This document shows positions 10,574-22,600 of a stretch of DNA of 64,000 nt, piece after piece; positions within the stretch are counted from its first letter, which is position 1, and each line of letters starts with the position of its first letter. The DNA lies in NCBI GenBank assembly GCA_036785375.1, contig JAWMAR010000070.1, forward strand, positions 7,502,001 to 7,566,000, written 5' to 3'. A program made the translations under genes and the position numbers. The notes beneath the pieces were generated by a model that ran no database searches, had not been told where the DNA came from, and worked only from the letters and a program-made list of their open reading frames with translations. The stretch comes from Leucoraja ocellata. Lineage: Eukaryota.

Positions 10574-12734
10574 AATCAGGCTGATATTTCACTGAAGTCC
10601 GGAATAAATTTGCTCAAGTAGTTCACGATGCTAAGGAATCTCTGCAGACTGAGCACGTGTGTGGGTGCTGGGAGCTTGTTGATGGCACTGCTTTTCACCG
10701 GATCAGTTTTTAGGCCATCCTTAGTGAACACATGACCTAAGCATTTCACCTCACTTACCCTGCATTTGCATTTTTTAGGGTTTAGCTTGAGGTTGATGGC
10801 CTTGGCGCGATCCAGGACCTTTGTCAGATTAGCATTGTGATCTTCGACAGTTCGTCCAGCAACGAGGATGTCATCCACTACAATGGAGCATGGGTAAACC
10901 GCAAACAACTGCTCCATAGCTTGTTGAAATACTTCACTGGCAGAGCTTATGCCAAAAGGCATGCGAAGAAATTTGTAACGCCCGAACGGAATGCTAGGTG
11001 GTTAACTTAGAGGAGTTGTGTTCCAGCGAAATCTGCCAGAATGAACTCTTGGCATCTAGTACAGTGAATACAGTTGCCTCAGCCATCTGTGCTGCAATCT
11101 TGTCCACAGTGTGCATGGGATAGTGAGGTCATTTAATGCCTGTGTTTAAGTCCTTATGGTTGATGCAAATCCGTATTTCGTCTTTATTCTCCTTCGTTGC
11201 CACAACCATGGTGGAGACCCAATCCGAGGGGTCAGCGATGGGAGCAATCACACCTAGAGATACCATTCCGTTGAGTTCACTTTGAACACGGTCCCGCAAT
11301 AGCATGGGGAATCTTGTGAGCTGGACGGACAACTGGGATTATCTCAGAGTTAATGGTAATTGTGTACTTAGCAGGCAGCCTGCCCCGCTTGTCGTCAAAA
11401 AAAGTTTTGTATTGTGTCAGGATTTGTTGGCTAAAGTCACAGGTTGTAGTCAGATGACAAACAGAAAGGCTGAAGGAGACAAGTCCCAGGTCGTGACGAG
11501 CGTTGGCACCCAGCAGAGACGGCACATGCTCACGAACAACATAGAAACTCAGGTTGTGGACACGTGAGTTAAGACAGCAGCGTAACTCGACTTGACCGAT
11601 AGGGTGCACTGGGCCTCCTGCAAATGGGAGAAGGGAGGCAGTCGTAGGAGTGACGGTGTCTGTTTTTCGTAACTTTTTCAACACAGCTAGACAGATCACA
11701 TTACATCTGGCCCCTGTGTCAACTTTCAGATAAAAGTTCTTGCCATTCATGAGCAAAGCGACCTTGGGGTCTAGTTGTTTGTGTATTGAGTCAGATGGGA
11801 ATGCACATCACAGTCAAAACCTTCGCTAGCAGCCTGCAAATCCGTGGGAGCTGGTTGAGAGCATTCCAACTGCAAGTTCTCATGGCCAAGTGAGTTAACA
11901 GATTGCCTTGTTTGAACTCTGTTGCTACGTGAGCGGCAGAATTTGATGAGATTATTCCTTTTGTAACAAAATCGACATAATTTTCCATACGCAGGGCAAC
12001 GGTCACAAGCAGCAGCATGCAAACCCCCACAGTTAAAACAATTGTCTCATGATAGAGTTATCGGGCACTTGAGGAGAACAGCGAGAGATTTGTTAAGACA
12101 AGGCACTGGCATACATCTCCACAGGCTCACCGTGTCTCTGGCTTCGGGAAAAGAACAAATGCCTCTCCATGACCAAGTTAGTGCGTAACTCACATAACTG
12201 TTGGAATTTGCGTAGTAGGCAATCAGGGTCACAGATAGACTCAGTGGGAACAATCTGGACACCAGCCGGGTCAAACCTAGCCAGTCCATAATAAAATCTT
12301 CTGGCACATCAAGCAGCTTCTGTGCCTGCTAGATTAAGAAGAATTGACGCTTGAACACCGGGAGCAGCAGTAGGGTGAGTTGCTTCAATGTAAAATGAGA
12401 AATCTTCTTCAAATATGCGCCACCTTTCTGCGAGGCCTTCGTGGTGTTACACAGGATCTCTGGGTTTTCTGAGAGCAGAAGCCACAGTAATATATACCGG
12501 AGGAAACAACAAACTAAAATAAAAACAAGGAGTGAGTCCGTCCACTCTGACACCATGTCGATCTTCTGCTATTGGAATAACTTAAGTCACACACGGTGAT
12601 TAAGATCCAAAGACTTTATTAGCGTTACAGCATAGGTAACTTCATCTTAATATGTAACTCAAGACTGAGGGAGAAAGGGCTGAGAAGCTTTCTGTTAAAC
12701 TAGTGGGCGTAGCTACAAAGTATGACTCACAACA
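10574..12734 (-). mobile_element. Degenerate, 3'-truncated Gypsy (Mag-like) LTR retrotransposon
   Basis: Short LTR ~12556-12734 (TGTTG...CGACA, AATAAA 12615-12620); PBS TGGTGTCAGAGTGG (tRNA-Leu-like) 12542-12555; gag double zinc knuckle (CPAYGKLCRFC); protease VDTGA; RT MPFGISSASEVFQ and VVDDIL. Frameshifted and cut before RNase H. Confidence 0.9.
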
Positions 12735-14476
12735 TGAGTGACACAGGGAAAGAACCCAGCACAAAGTTTAATGATTAGATTTGGATAACAAAAGATGGCC
12801 TTGTCGGTGGCACCTACATCACGTTAAATCTTAGTGCAATTGCATTTTTTTAAAAAGTTTAAAATTACCTACGCAGTTGGGCACTATGGGTGAGTGGTGG
12901 AATCTTACATTGGGGAGCGTGTTGCGTTGGGGGACTAAGCCTCCCGCGGGGGCTATGGGTGAGTGGTGGATTATTGCGTTGGGGGAACGGGTTACGGTGG
13001 GGGAATGGGTTACGTTGGGGGAACGGGTGGGTGGTGGATTTGGGTTGTGTTGGGGGAATGGATGAGTGGTGGATTATTTTGTTGGGGGATGGGGTCTAAC
13101 GGGTCCCACTTGATCTAGACAACTATAAAATTCTTAAGGGATTGGACAGGCTATATGTTAGAAAAATGTTCCCAATGTTCGGGGAGCCCAGAACCAGGGG
13201 TCACAGTATAAGAATAAGAGGTAGCCCATTTAGGACTGGGATGAGGAAACAAAATTCACCCAGAGAGTTGTGAATCTGTGGAATTCTCTGCCACAGAAGG
13301 CAGTGGAGGCCAATTCACTAAAAGTTTTCAAGAGAGTTAGATTTAGCTCTTAGGGATAAAATAATCAAAGGATATGGGGAGAAAGCAGGAACAGGGTACT
13401 GATTTAGGATGATCAGCCATGATCATATTGAATGGCGGTGCTAACTTGAAGAGCCGAATGGCCTCTACTCCTGCTATTTTCTATGTTTCTATCTCCCTTT
13501 GGATCCCATGCGATCTAATATTTCAGAGCAGCCTACCATGCGGTACCTTGTCTCATCTCTTGCTGAAACTCACATATACATCATATGCAGCTATGCCATC
13601 ATCAACCTTTTTGGTCACATCTTTAAAAAACTCATTCATATCTGTGAGACACTACCTCCTGTATACAAAACCATCTCTAATCAGCCCTTGTCCATCTAAA
13701 TACATGTATAGATATCCCTCAGAAAACTCTGTAGTAACTTTCTCACCACAAATGTTCTGCTCATGGGGTCTACATTTGTTACCTTACACCATGCTCACTG
13801 GCCCAAGTGCTGAGGTGCAGCTGCTGTGGTGAAACCTGTGTGTGACGTGCGGACTACGACTTAGATCTGACCAGATGCCCTGGACCTTGCTTCATCATTG
13901 GCTGAGATCACACCAGTCACAGCAACTCCACTTTTGTTCAGCTTCTAAACATTGGCCGGTGTGGGCAAGTGGGGCCGAAGGGCCTGTTTCCACACTGTAT
14001 CACCCTATGACGCTAAAGATGGAAATGCCAAGTTAGAGAGCACAGTTTTAAGGTGAAAGGACAAAGCTTAAAGCAGATGTGCAGGGCAGTTATTTGACAC
14101 AGTGGGTGGTGGGTGCCTGGCATGTGCTGCCAGGGGTGGGGGTGGTGGGGGCAGATACGATATGGCATTTAAGAGACATTTGGATAGGCACATAAATATG
14201 CAGGGATTGTAGGGATGTAGATATGTGCAGGAAGATTAGAGTACGTCTTGGCATCATGTCCAGCACACACGTTATGGGCCGAAGGGCCTGTTCCTGTGCT
14301 GCACTGTTCTATGTTCTACAACAGTAACTAAACTATGAACCATGGATTGTTTTTGGATGCACGAGGACTTTAGACTTTTTGCACTAGTATTGGGGTTATA
14401 AATTAATTGATGTTTTGTTTATTAAATATTCTCTATGAGTACGGTGTTTCCAAGCCTGTTCTGCTGCTTCAGGTAA

Positions 14477-14791
14477 TGGCCCATGTCCCACGGTACGAGT
14501 TCATTCCAAGAGTTCTCCCGAGTTTGCCCTGATCTGAACTGGGAGATTTACGGTAATGGCCGCTCGTCGGTACTCGGGGCTCTCGTGGACTATTATCAAC
14601 AGGTTGAAAAATCTTCACGAGTCTTCCCGTGCTTACCTGCCGTTAGCGAATCTTCCTGAGTACCTGCCGTTAGCGTTACAAGCCGCTAAGAGACGTCCCC
14701 GCTACGTTCAGTCTCCGTGCTTATCACGAGTTTGATTTTTTTTAAACTCGGGAGAGCTCTTGGGATGAACTTGTACCGTGGGACAGGGCCA
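14477..14791. mobile_element. PIF/Harbinger-type MITE
   Basis: Long imperfect TIRs TGGCCC(A)TGTCCCACGGTAC...GTACCGTGGGACAGGGCCA with TAA target duplication (14474-76, 14792-94). Confidence 0.8.
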
Positions 14792-14999
14792 TAAGGATTT
14801 CATAGTTCCATTGTTGGTACATACGACAATGAAACACTCTTGACTCTAGACTCTTGATACCTGAGACCATATGATCCACCTAACTTCACCGCCAAACATC
14901 CTCTCTTGCCCGGTTCTGTTGAAGGATCTTCATTCTGAAACGTTGCCTCTGTTGCTCCCCCTCAGATGCTGCCTGACCCACTGTGTGTCTCCCACATTC

Positions 15000-15245
15000 C
15001 CCTTTATTTTTGTTCCTGTTCTCAACACCTGCGGACTCCATGATTTTCCACATGTTGTTCTGTCCCCGTGTGGTCATGGACAATGTTGGACACAGCTCAT
15101 AGAAGCCGGCGATGTTGCCCGTAGTGAGCAAGAGTTGCACAAAGTTCACACCCAACTCAATGCTGGCGTACAAAGAATCACTCACACCGGCTGTCTTCAA
15201 GAGAGTTTATTTCCATTAAACGTACATTTACCGGTGCAAGCAAGG
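15000..15245 (-). terminator. Conserved 3' block with polyadenylation signal of IgV gene 2
   Basis: TTTATT 15206-15211; inverted copy of 7540-7790. Confidence 0.6.
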
Positions 15246-15776
15246 TCAGTTCTCCTCACTGCATGCGATCCACGCTCACACCTTCCACGCTGCTCATCTT
15301 TATACCTTTATTATTCCCTACTTGGTGTCATAGCACGAAAACAGGCCCTTCAGCCCAACTCGCCCATGCAGACCCATATACCCCATCTAAGCCAGTCCTC
15401 AGCCACCCCATCAAATAATTCCTATCCATGGATCCATCCAAGTGTCTATTAAATGTTGTTTTAGTGCCTGCCTCCACTACCTCCTCTGGCAGCTCGTTCC
15501 ATACACCCGCCACCCTCTGAGAGTAAATGTTGCCCCTATTTATATAGAGTTTGCACGTTCTCATTGTGGATGGTTCCGTGTATGTTTGCAGGTTAATTGG
15601 TCAGTGTAAATTGTCCGTAGTGTGTGGGACAGAACTGGTGTATGGGGTGATCACTGGTCCCCATTGACTCTGTGGGCCAAAGGGCCTGTTTCCCTGCTGT
15701 ACCTCTGAACTAAACTACACTAAACTAGACTTTGCTACTGACCCTGGGGCGGGCCCTGTTGAATGAGTGGAAGCTT

Positions 15777-16286
15777 TCAATCCATTAACAGCCAGGTCTC
15801 TTCTTCACAATTCCCTTGATTATAAGTGGTCCAAATGCAGGAATATATCGCCTCATCGTCCTCTTGTGCCCGTGTCAGGAGCAACGAGGCGTCCCGATGC
15901 AGGATGACGTTTTGATGCACGAACCACCGATGGACATCAGACCTTTGATAATTCGCAAAGGTCCTATATGTGGCAATGGAAACACCATCTTTACTCCACG
16001 AAACAGAGCTCAGTGCACCGTAATCTTCGGATATTTTACAGTACAGCGTTACAGAACTACCCGGAGATGCAATGATCACATTATGTCTAGTTATGACAGG
16101 CTGACCTAGCCTGCCCTGGCAGTCTGGAAACCGATCTTCATTGACCTGCCGAGGCTCCCGTGCGTTCCACCCGGGCAAGTTTGCTTCCTCTCCCCATTCT
16201 CTGGAGATCGGACCTGTTCCAGTTGCGGAGACTTGCCACACCATCTCCACAAGGACCATGAATCCTATCCATCTCTGCAGTCCCAT
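15777..16286 (-). CDS. Secreted single Ig V-type domain protein 2 (169 aa)
   Basis: Same acceptor and leader as gene 1; REPR; V-set motifs TLYC, VSW, RDASLLL, DEAIYSC; no TM segment. Confidence 0.85.
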   Translation of the reverse strand: MGLQRWIGFMVLVEMVWQVSATGTGPISREWGEEANLPGWNAREPRQVNEDRFPDCQGRLGQPVITRHNVIIASPGSSVTLYCKISEDYGALSSVSWSKDGVSIATYRTFANYQRSDVHRWFVHQNVILHRDASLLLTRAQEDDEAIYSCIWTTYNQGNCEEETWLLMD

Positions 16287-16869
16287 GTTCCTGTGGGTGA
16301 AACAATGGGTCACCTTATTGCAACTCAGTAGGATTCATGATGACATTCCCTGAAGCTGCTGCCACCACACTGGGCAATGTCACTGTGCAGCTTCTACAGC
16401 TCCCGCCTGGTTTAGTTTAAGTTGCTTTGACCTGTCGTGGACCAACAACATTGAAGTGGCAGCCAAGGAGGCACACCAATGCATCTACTTCCTCAGAGAC
16501 AGAGGAAATACGACAAGTCTCCAATGTCTCTTAGAAACTTCTACAGATGCACCACAGAGAGCAGACTGTGGGGTTGCATCACAGCTTGGTTTGGGAACAG
16601 CTCTGAGCCCAAGATCACAAGATATTGCAGAGTTGTGGATGGAGCCCAGTCCATCACACAGACAACACTCCCCACCAGTGACTCCATCTACAACCAAAAA
16701 AATCAAAGACTTGTCCACCCCAGTCAACCCTCCTTCTCCCTGGTCCTGTCTAGCAGACGGTACAGAAGCTTGAAAGCGCGCACCACCAGACTCAGGAACA
16801 GCTTCTTCCCCTCTGCTATCAGGCTTCTGAACTGGGGGAACAGTGAACAGAGACAATCCCACCCCCATC

Positions 16870-17172
16870 ACTCACAGACACTTGAAGGATCCACAGGGTT
16901 GGTTACCAGCTCCGGAGTCTCCACACAGGGTGACGGGGTCGGTCTTGTTCTCATCTCCTGCCATCGCTCGCTCCTTTTATACCGACTCCCGGCTTCTCCT
17001 GCCCCTCATTGTCTGCCCTCACGTACATTCAACCAATCACTGCCTCCCACGGAGCATTGGCCGGAGTCAGCCGCGACCTCTCCACCCTCTGCCAAACGTG
17101 TCGTTGCATCAGCCGTTAACGTTTAACAAGAACAACGTCATCCCAGCTGCCAGCGGCCAACCAGGCGCCCCA
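16870..17172 (-). promoter_or_regulatory. Promoter and non-coding exon 1 of IgV gene 2
   Basis: TATA 16975-16981, donor at 16875, CCAAT boxes; reverse complement of the gene 1 promoter. Confidence 0.7.
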
Positions 17173-19644
17173 TGATGCAATGACACGTTTAGCAGAGGGT
17201 GGAGAGGTCGCGGCTTACTCCAGCCAATATGTGGGACAAGTCGTCGACTGTTGGGACATCTTTGATGACCACACTCTCGTTAGTAATTAACGGCGGCTGC
17301 CTAGCAACCACACGGAGACAAGTCTGGGCACCACCCTGTGGATGACAGTGTTTGCTTGACACCAGTTTGTATTGGGGTGGCACAGTGGTAGCATAGCAGT
17401 AGAGTTGCTGCCTCACAGCGCCAGAGACCCGGGTTCGATCCTGACTATGGGCGCTGCCAACCGGTGACAACGGCCAGACAACGGCCATTCTTCACCTGGT
17501 TAAATTGTAACGTTTCATTCTTAATTGTTAACTGTATATCGTGTTGTAACGTGAGCAAAGCACCAAGGCAAATTCTTGTATGTATACATACTTGGCTAAT
17601 AACATTTATTCAATTCAATTCATAGCAACTGAAATTGCTGACTTTAATTGATAAACTGTTTATCAGGATGAGGGGAATTTTGAAGGATGAGAGGAGGACC
17701 TCATTGAAACATACTGAATAGTGAAAGGCCTGGACAGAGTGGATATGGAGCGGATGTTTCCATTATTTACAGTCCAGGACAAGAGGGCACAGCCTCAGAA
17801 TAAAAGCAAGTACCGCTAGGAAGGAGATGAGGAGGAATTTCCTCAGTCAGACGGTGGTGAATCTTTGTAATTCATTGCCACAGATGGCAGTGGAGGCCAA
17901 GTCATTGGGTATTTTTAAAGTGGAGATTGACAGATTTTTGATTAGTACGGGTGTCAGAGGTTATGGGGAGAAGGCAGGAGAATGGCGTTGAGAGGGAGAG
18001 ATAGATCAGCCATGATTGAACGGCGGAGTAGACTTGATGGGGCAAATGGCCTAATTCTGCTCCTGAAACTGATGCACATGAACAGACACAAAGTACGCTG
18101 TTATCTGTTTGAAATTATGGCTTTATTTTATTGTTTTAACAGCAACAATTATCTTTGTGATGGACAATCGATCGGTGGTGGAAGTTCCCGGCTGTTTGTC
18201 GAGCGCAGTCTGCAACAGAAAGATCATCTTAGAATTCTCACAACCAGGAAGGATGTCTACACATCAGATCAAAAACAATATCTAAAGTACGTCTTTTTTT
18301 TTAAGTTTCTAGTTTAGTTTAGTTTATTATCACGTGGACCGAGGTGCAGTGAAAAGTATTTTTGTTTGCGTGCTATCCTGTCAGTGGAAAGACTACACAT
18401 GATTACAGTCCAGCCGCCCACAGTGTACAGATACAGGATGAAGGGGTTAATGTTCAGTGTGAGGCAAAGGCTGATCAGAGATAATCCAAAGTGTGATGGG
18501 GCTGCACAGCAGGGAGACAGGCCGTTCAGTGCATACCTGACCCTCACTCATTTTCCCCAACATTCCCATCAGTTCTCCCCAGATTCCAACCCTCACCTAC
18601 ACATGAGGAGCAATTTACAGAGGGCCTGTCAACCTACAACCCTGCGCAACTTTGGGATGTGGGAGGAAACCGGAGCTCCTGGAGAAAAACCCACGCGGTC
18701 ATGGGGAGAACGTGCAAACTCCGTCACCCAGAGAGTTGTGAAACTGTGGAATTCTCCGCCACAGAAGGCAGTGGAGGCCAATTCACTGGATGTTTTCGAG
18801 AGAGAGTTGGATATAACTCTTAGAGCTAATGGAATCAAGGGATGTGGGAGAAAGCAGGAATGCGGTACTGATTTTGGATGATCAGTCATGATCATATCGA
18901 ATGGCGGTGCTGGCTCGAAGGGTTCTAACTCCACACACAGACAGCTCCGGTAGTCAGGATTGAACCTGTGTCTCTGGAGCTGTGAGGCAGCAGTTCTACC
19001 CGCTGCACGGCTACATTTTCTGAAGTGGTCGCCTGTTTTCTGGCCCTTGCCCATCCCCACCACCGCACTCTTCACTCCAGGCTGCCCGTTATCAGGGGAC
19101 AACTCCATGAAGCCAGGGACCCAGAGAGGAGGTGACACGGTGGCGCAGCGGGAGACACACCGCTTACATATCTTACAGCGCCAAAGACCTGGGTTCCATC
19201 CTGACCACGGGCACTGTCTGTACGGAGTTTGTACGTTCTCCCCGTGACTGCGTGGGTTTTCTCCGGGTGCTCCGGTTTCCTCCCACATTCCAAAAACATA
19301 CAGGTTTGTCGGTTAATTGGCTTCTGTAAATTGAAAATTGTCCATAGTGTGTAGGATAGTGTTAGTGTACGGGGTGGCATGGTCTCGGTGGGCTGAAGGG
19401 CCTGTTTTTGCGCTGTTTCTCTAAAGGCTAGAGGTGACTCTGCTGGGTGAAAATACTATGACCAATGAATGTTTAGGATGGCCAGTCACATACTACTCTT
19501 GTGTTTCTTACCCCATGAGCATTTCAGTGTGGAAGGGCAAGTAGGGTCAGTATGGACTTGTTGGGCCGAAGGGCTGTTTCTGAGCTGTATGACCCGATGC
19601 CCAGTATAGAGTGTGAGGTCGGCAAGCAGTCTCACCTTCTGCCA

Positions 19645-22600
19645 TTAAGGCCAGTTGCAACATTTACAGGATAAATCGAAGACTAATCCAGTGGCACAGC
19701 TCTTCAGGTAGGTCCGACCATTGGCGCACTGGTAGAACTTGTTCTTGTCCTTGGGATCAGCGAAGGTACCGTTGGCTTTGCCCTTACAGAAGCCACTGCC
19801 TCCACCACCGCTGCTGCCACCACCGCTGCTGCCACCGCCTCCACCACCACTAGGGGCATCAGTAGGTGGGACCGCCGGCGCCAATGTTGTCTTGGATGGG
19901 ACGCAAGCTGCAAAGAAACACAGTTCGTTATAAGTTCATAAGCTCTCCTCAATTCATAGGAGAATTGGCCCATTGGGTTTACTCCACTATTCAATCATGG
20001 CTGGTCTATCACTCCCTCTCAACCCCATTCTCCTGCCTTCTCCCCATAAACCCTGACACCAGAACTAATCAAGAATCTGTCAATCTGAAATGCCCATTGA
20101 CTTGGCCTCCACATCCACCTTAGTTCAAGTTGAAACAAGAAACCGCAGATGCAAGTGTGAATATCGTGGTCAATGGGATTATGCCACTGAACCTCCCTCT
20201 CACCAACTCCAGCGGGTTCCTGACCTCCCATCTACCCCAGATGCTGGTCTATAAAAAGAGCCACAATGTGCTGGAGTAACAGTTGCTTGTTCTCTATACC
20301 CACCACCCTCTGTGTGGAAAACGTAGCTACATACCTAGTCCTACCACTATCTGCCTCCACCACCACCCCTGGTAGCGTGTTCCAGGCACCCACCACCCTC
20401 TGTGTGAAAGACTTGTCCCGCACATCTCCATTACCTCCAGAGATGCCAAGGCCAGAGTGCAGACTGTTGATGAGGGGGTAGGGTCCCTGGTGACAGAAGG
20501 CACCAGAGAAGTCATCCAGAGCCAGATCCCAGACCATAGCTCCTCCAAAGTTGTTCTTCTTCAGCCACGCAACCTGGAAGACACAGTTCACAACTTTACA
20601 CCAACATCCCTCAGTCAATAATGGCTTCTACAATGTGCTTTCTATCGGGATTCATCACAGCACGGTTTGGGAATGGCTCTATCCAAAACACGCAAGAAAT
20701 TGCAGCAAGTTGCTGACGCAGCCCAGACCATCAGGTAAACCAACCTCCCTTCCATTGACTCCATCTACACCTCACGCTGCCTCAGCAAGGCCACCCGCAT
20801 AATCGAGGACCAGTCTCGCCCAAGCACCAGAGAAATAAAAACAGAAATTCCACATTTCCTCGCTGTGAATCATTTCATGAGGGCAGCACGGTGGCGCAGC
20901 GGTAGAGCTGCTTTGCTGCCTCACAGCGCCAGAGACCCGCCAGAGATCCTGACTACAGGTGCTGTCTGTATGGAGTTTGTACGTTCTCCATGCGACCTGC
21001 GTGGGCTTTCTCCGGGTGCTCAGGTTTCCTCTCACACTCTAAAGACATACAGGTTTGTAGATTAATTGTCTTCGGTAAAATTCCTGGTGTGTGTAGTACA
21101 GTGCCCAGTGTGTGGGGATCGCTGGTCGGCCCGGACTCGATGGGCCGAAGGGCCTGTTTCCAGCTGTACCTCTAAACTATACTAAACTAAAGGTTACTCC
21201 CTGCCTTCCTCACACAGTCCCGCCCCCAATGGAAATATATAAAATCCCTAGAGAACAAATGTCAGATCCAAATCAAAAATGTCAATGTTTAAAGCACATT
21301 CTAAAGAGCATAGCATCAATTTTAACGGCGACTTAAACTTGTTTGAACTGCATAACAAAGCATGATCATCACTTAACATCCAATGGAAGGCACAGATCTA
21401 AGGCAAATGTGACTTACTTTATAAAATAGAAATAATAATTTTGTTCATAAGTGATAGGAGCAGAATTAGGCCATTCGGCCCATCAAGTCTACCCCGCCAT
21501 GGCTGATCTATCTCTCCCTCCTAACCCCATTCTCCTCCCTTCTCCCCATAACCCATGACACGCGAACACCATGAATTTATGGTGAGCTGGAAATTTTATG
21601 CAGAATGTTAACGACAAAAGATTCTAAGGATTTTGAAGCATAATTCTGGAGTTCACTGTTGGAAACTCTGCAGTAGATATTGAGATAAACGAGACCACGG
21701 TGGTTCACGCGGGAAGGGTGGAACTTCGATGGTCAGATGTACCTTGTCTCCGAAGCTCTTGACGTTGTCATAGCCGACCCATATTCCACTCTTGAAGGCG
21801 TACGGGGTGTCTTGTGGGGCGTTCCATTCGCTGGTGGCACCGTTCAGGAACCCGCAGATCTGCCCAGAGACGGAGATGTTAGGGACCAATCTTGTCGAGT
21901 TGGAAAAAATCATGAGAGGAACCGATCAGGTAAACGCAAACGCAGAGACGGCGAATCGAGAACCAGAGGACATGGGTGAGGGAGAAAGATTTAATAGGAA
22001 TGGTGCTGGCTTGAAGGGCCGAATGGCCTACTCCTGCACTTATTGTCTATTAAATCTGAGGGGTAACCATTTGACTCCAAGGGTGGTGGGTGGCGATAGT
22101 GACAAAGGCTGGAGGGGAACAGGAGACGAAATAGTGTCAGATACTGAGAGGAGAGGGCAAGAGAGATGTGGAGAGATGTGCAAAGAGAGGAGGAAAGAGG
22201 TGAGAGAGATATAGGTTAAGAGAAGGGAGAAAGACATGAAAGAGAAAGATAGAAAGAGGAGAGGAGAGAAAGATGTATAAAGAGCGATATGTCCAGAAAG
22301 TGGAGGAGAGAGATATAAAGCCGGAGGGAGGGATGTGGTGAGAAGGAGATAGTGGGGAGGGCAAAGATGAAGGGGAGGATAGAAGGGAAATGGGGATCTC
22401 TTGAGAGGAGGGGAACGGAGAACATGGGTGTGCGATGTTTCGGGTGGAGATCCTTCCTCAGGCTGCAGCACCTTGTGTCCATCTATGTTGTGTGTGGTTA
22501 TTCAGTATTGGATTGGAAGATAACATTGAGTAAAGAGCCACGCGGTTGGATTGGTCGGTAGGTACAGTACCTCATAGTAGGCCAGGAAGCCGGCTTGGCG

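Noticed and set aside
12875-13120. G-rich short repeats ending in CTAG (possible Helitron end or G-quadruplex)
   Set aside because: No clear 5' terminus or hairpin identified; too little support to classify.
19790-19855. Gly/Ser-rich linker of chia as a novelty
   Set aside because: Similar Gly/Ser linkers are known in vertebrate acidic chitinases.
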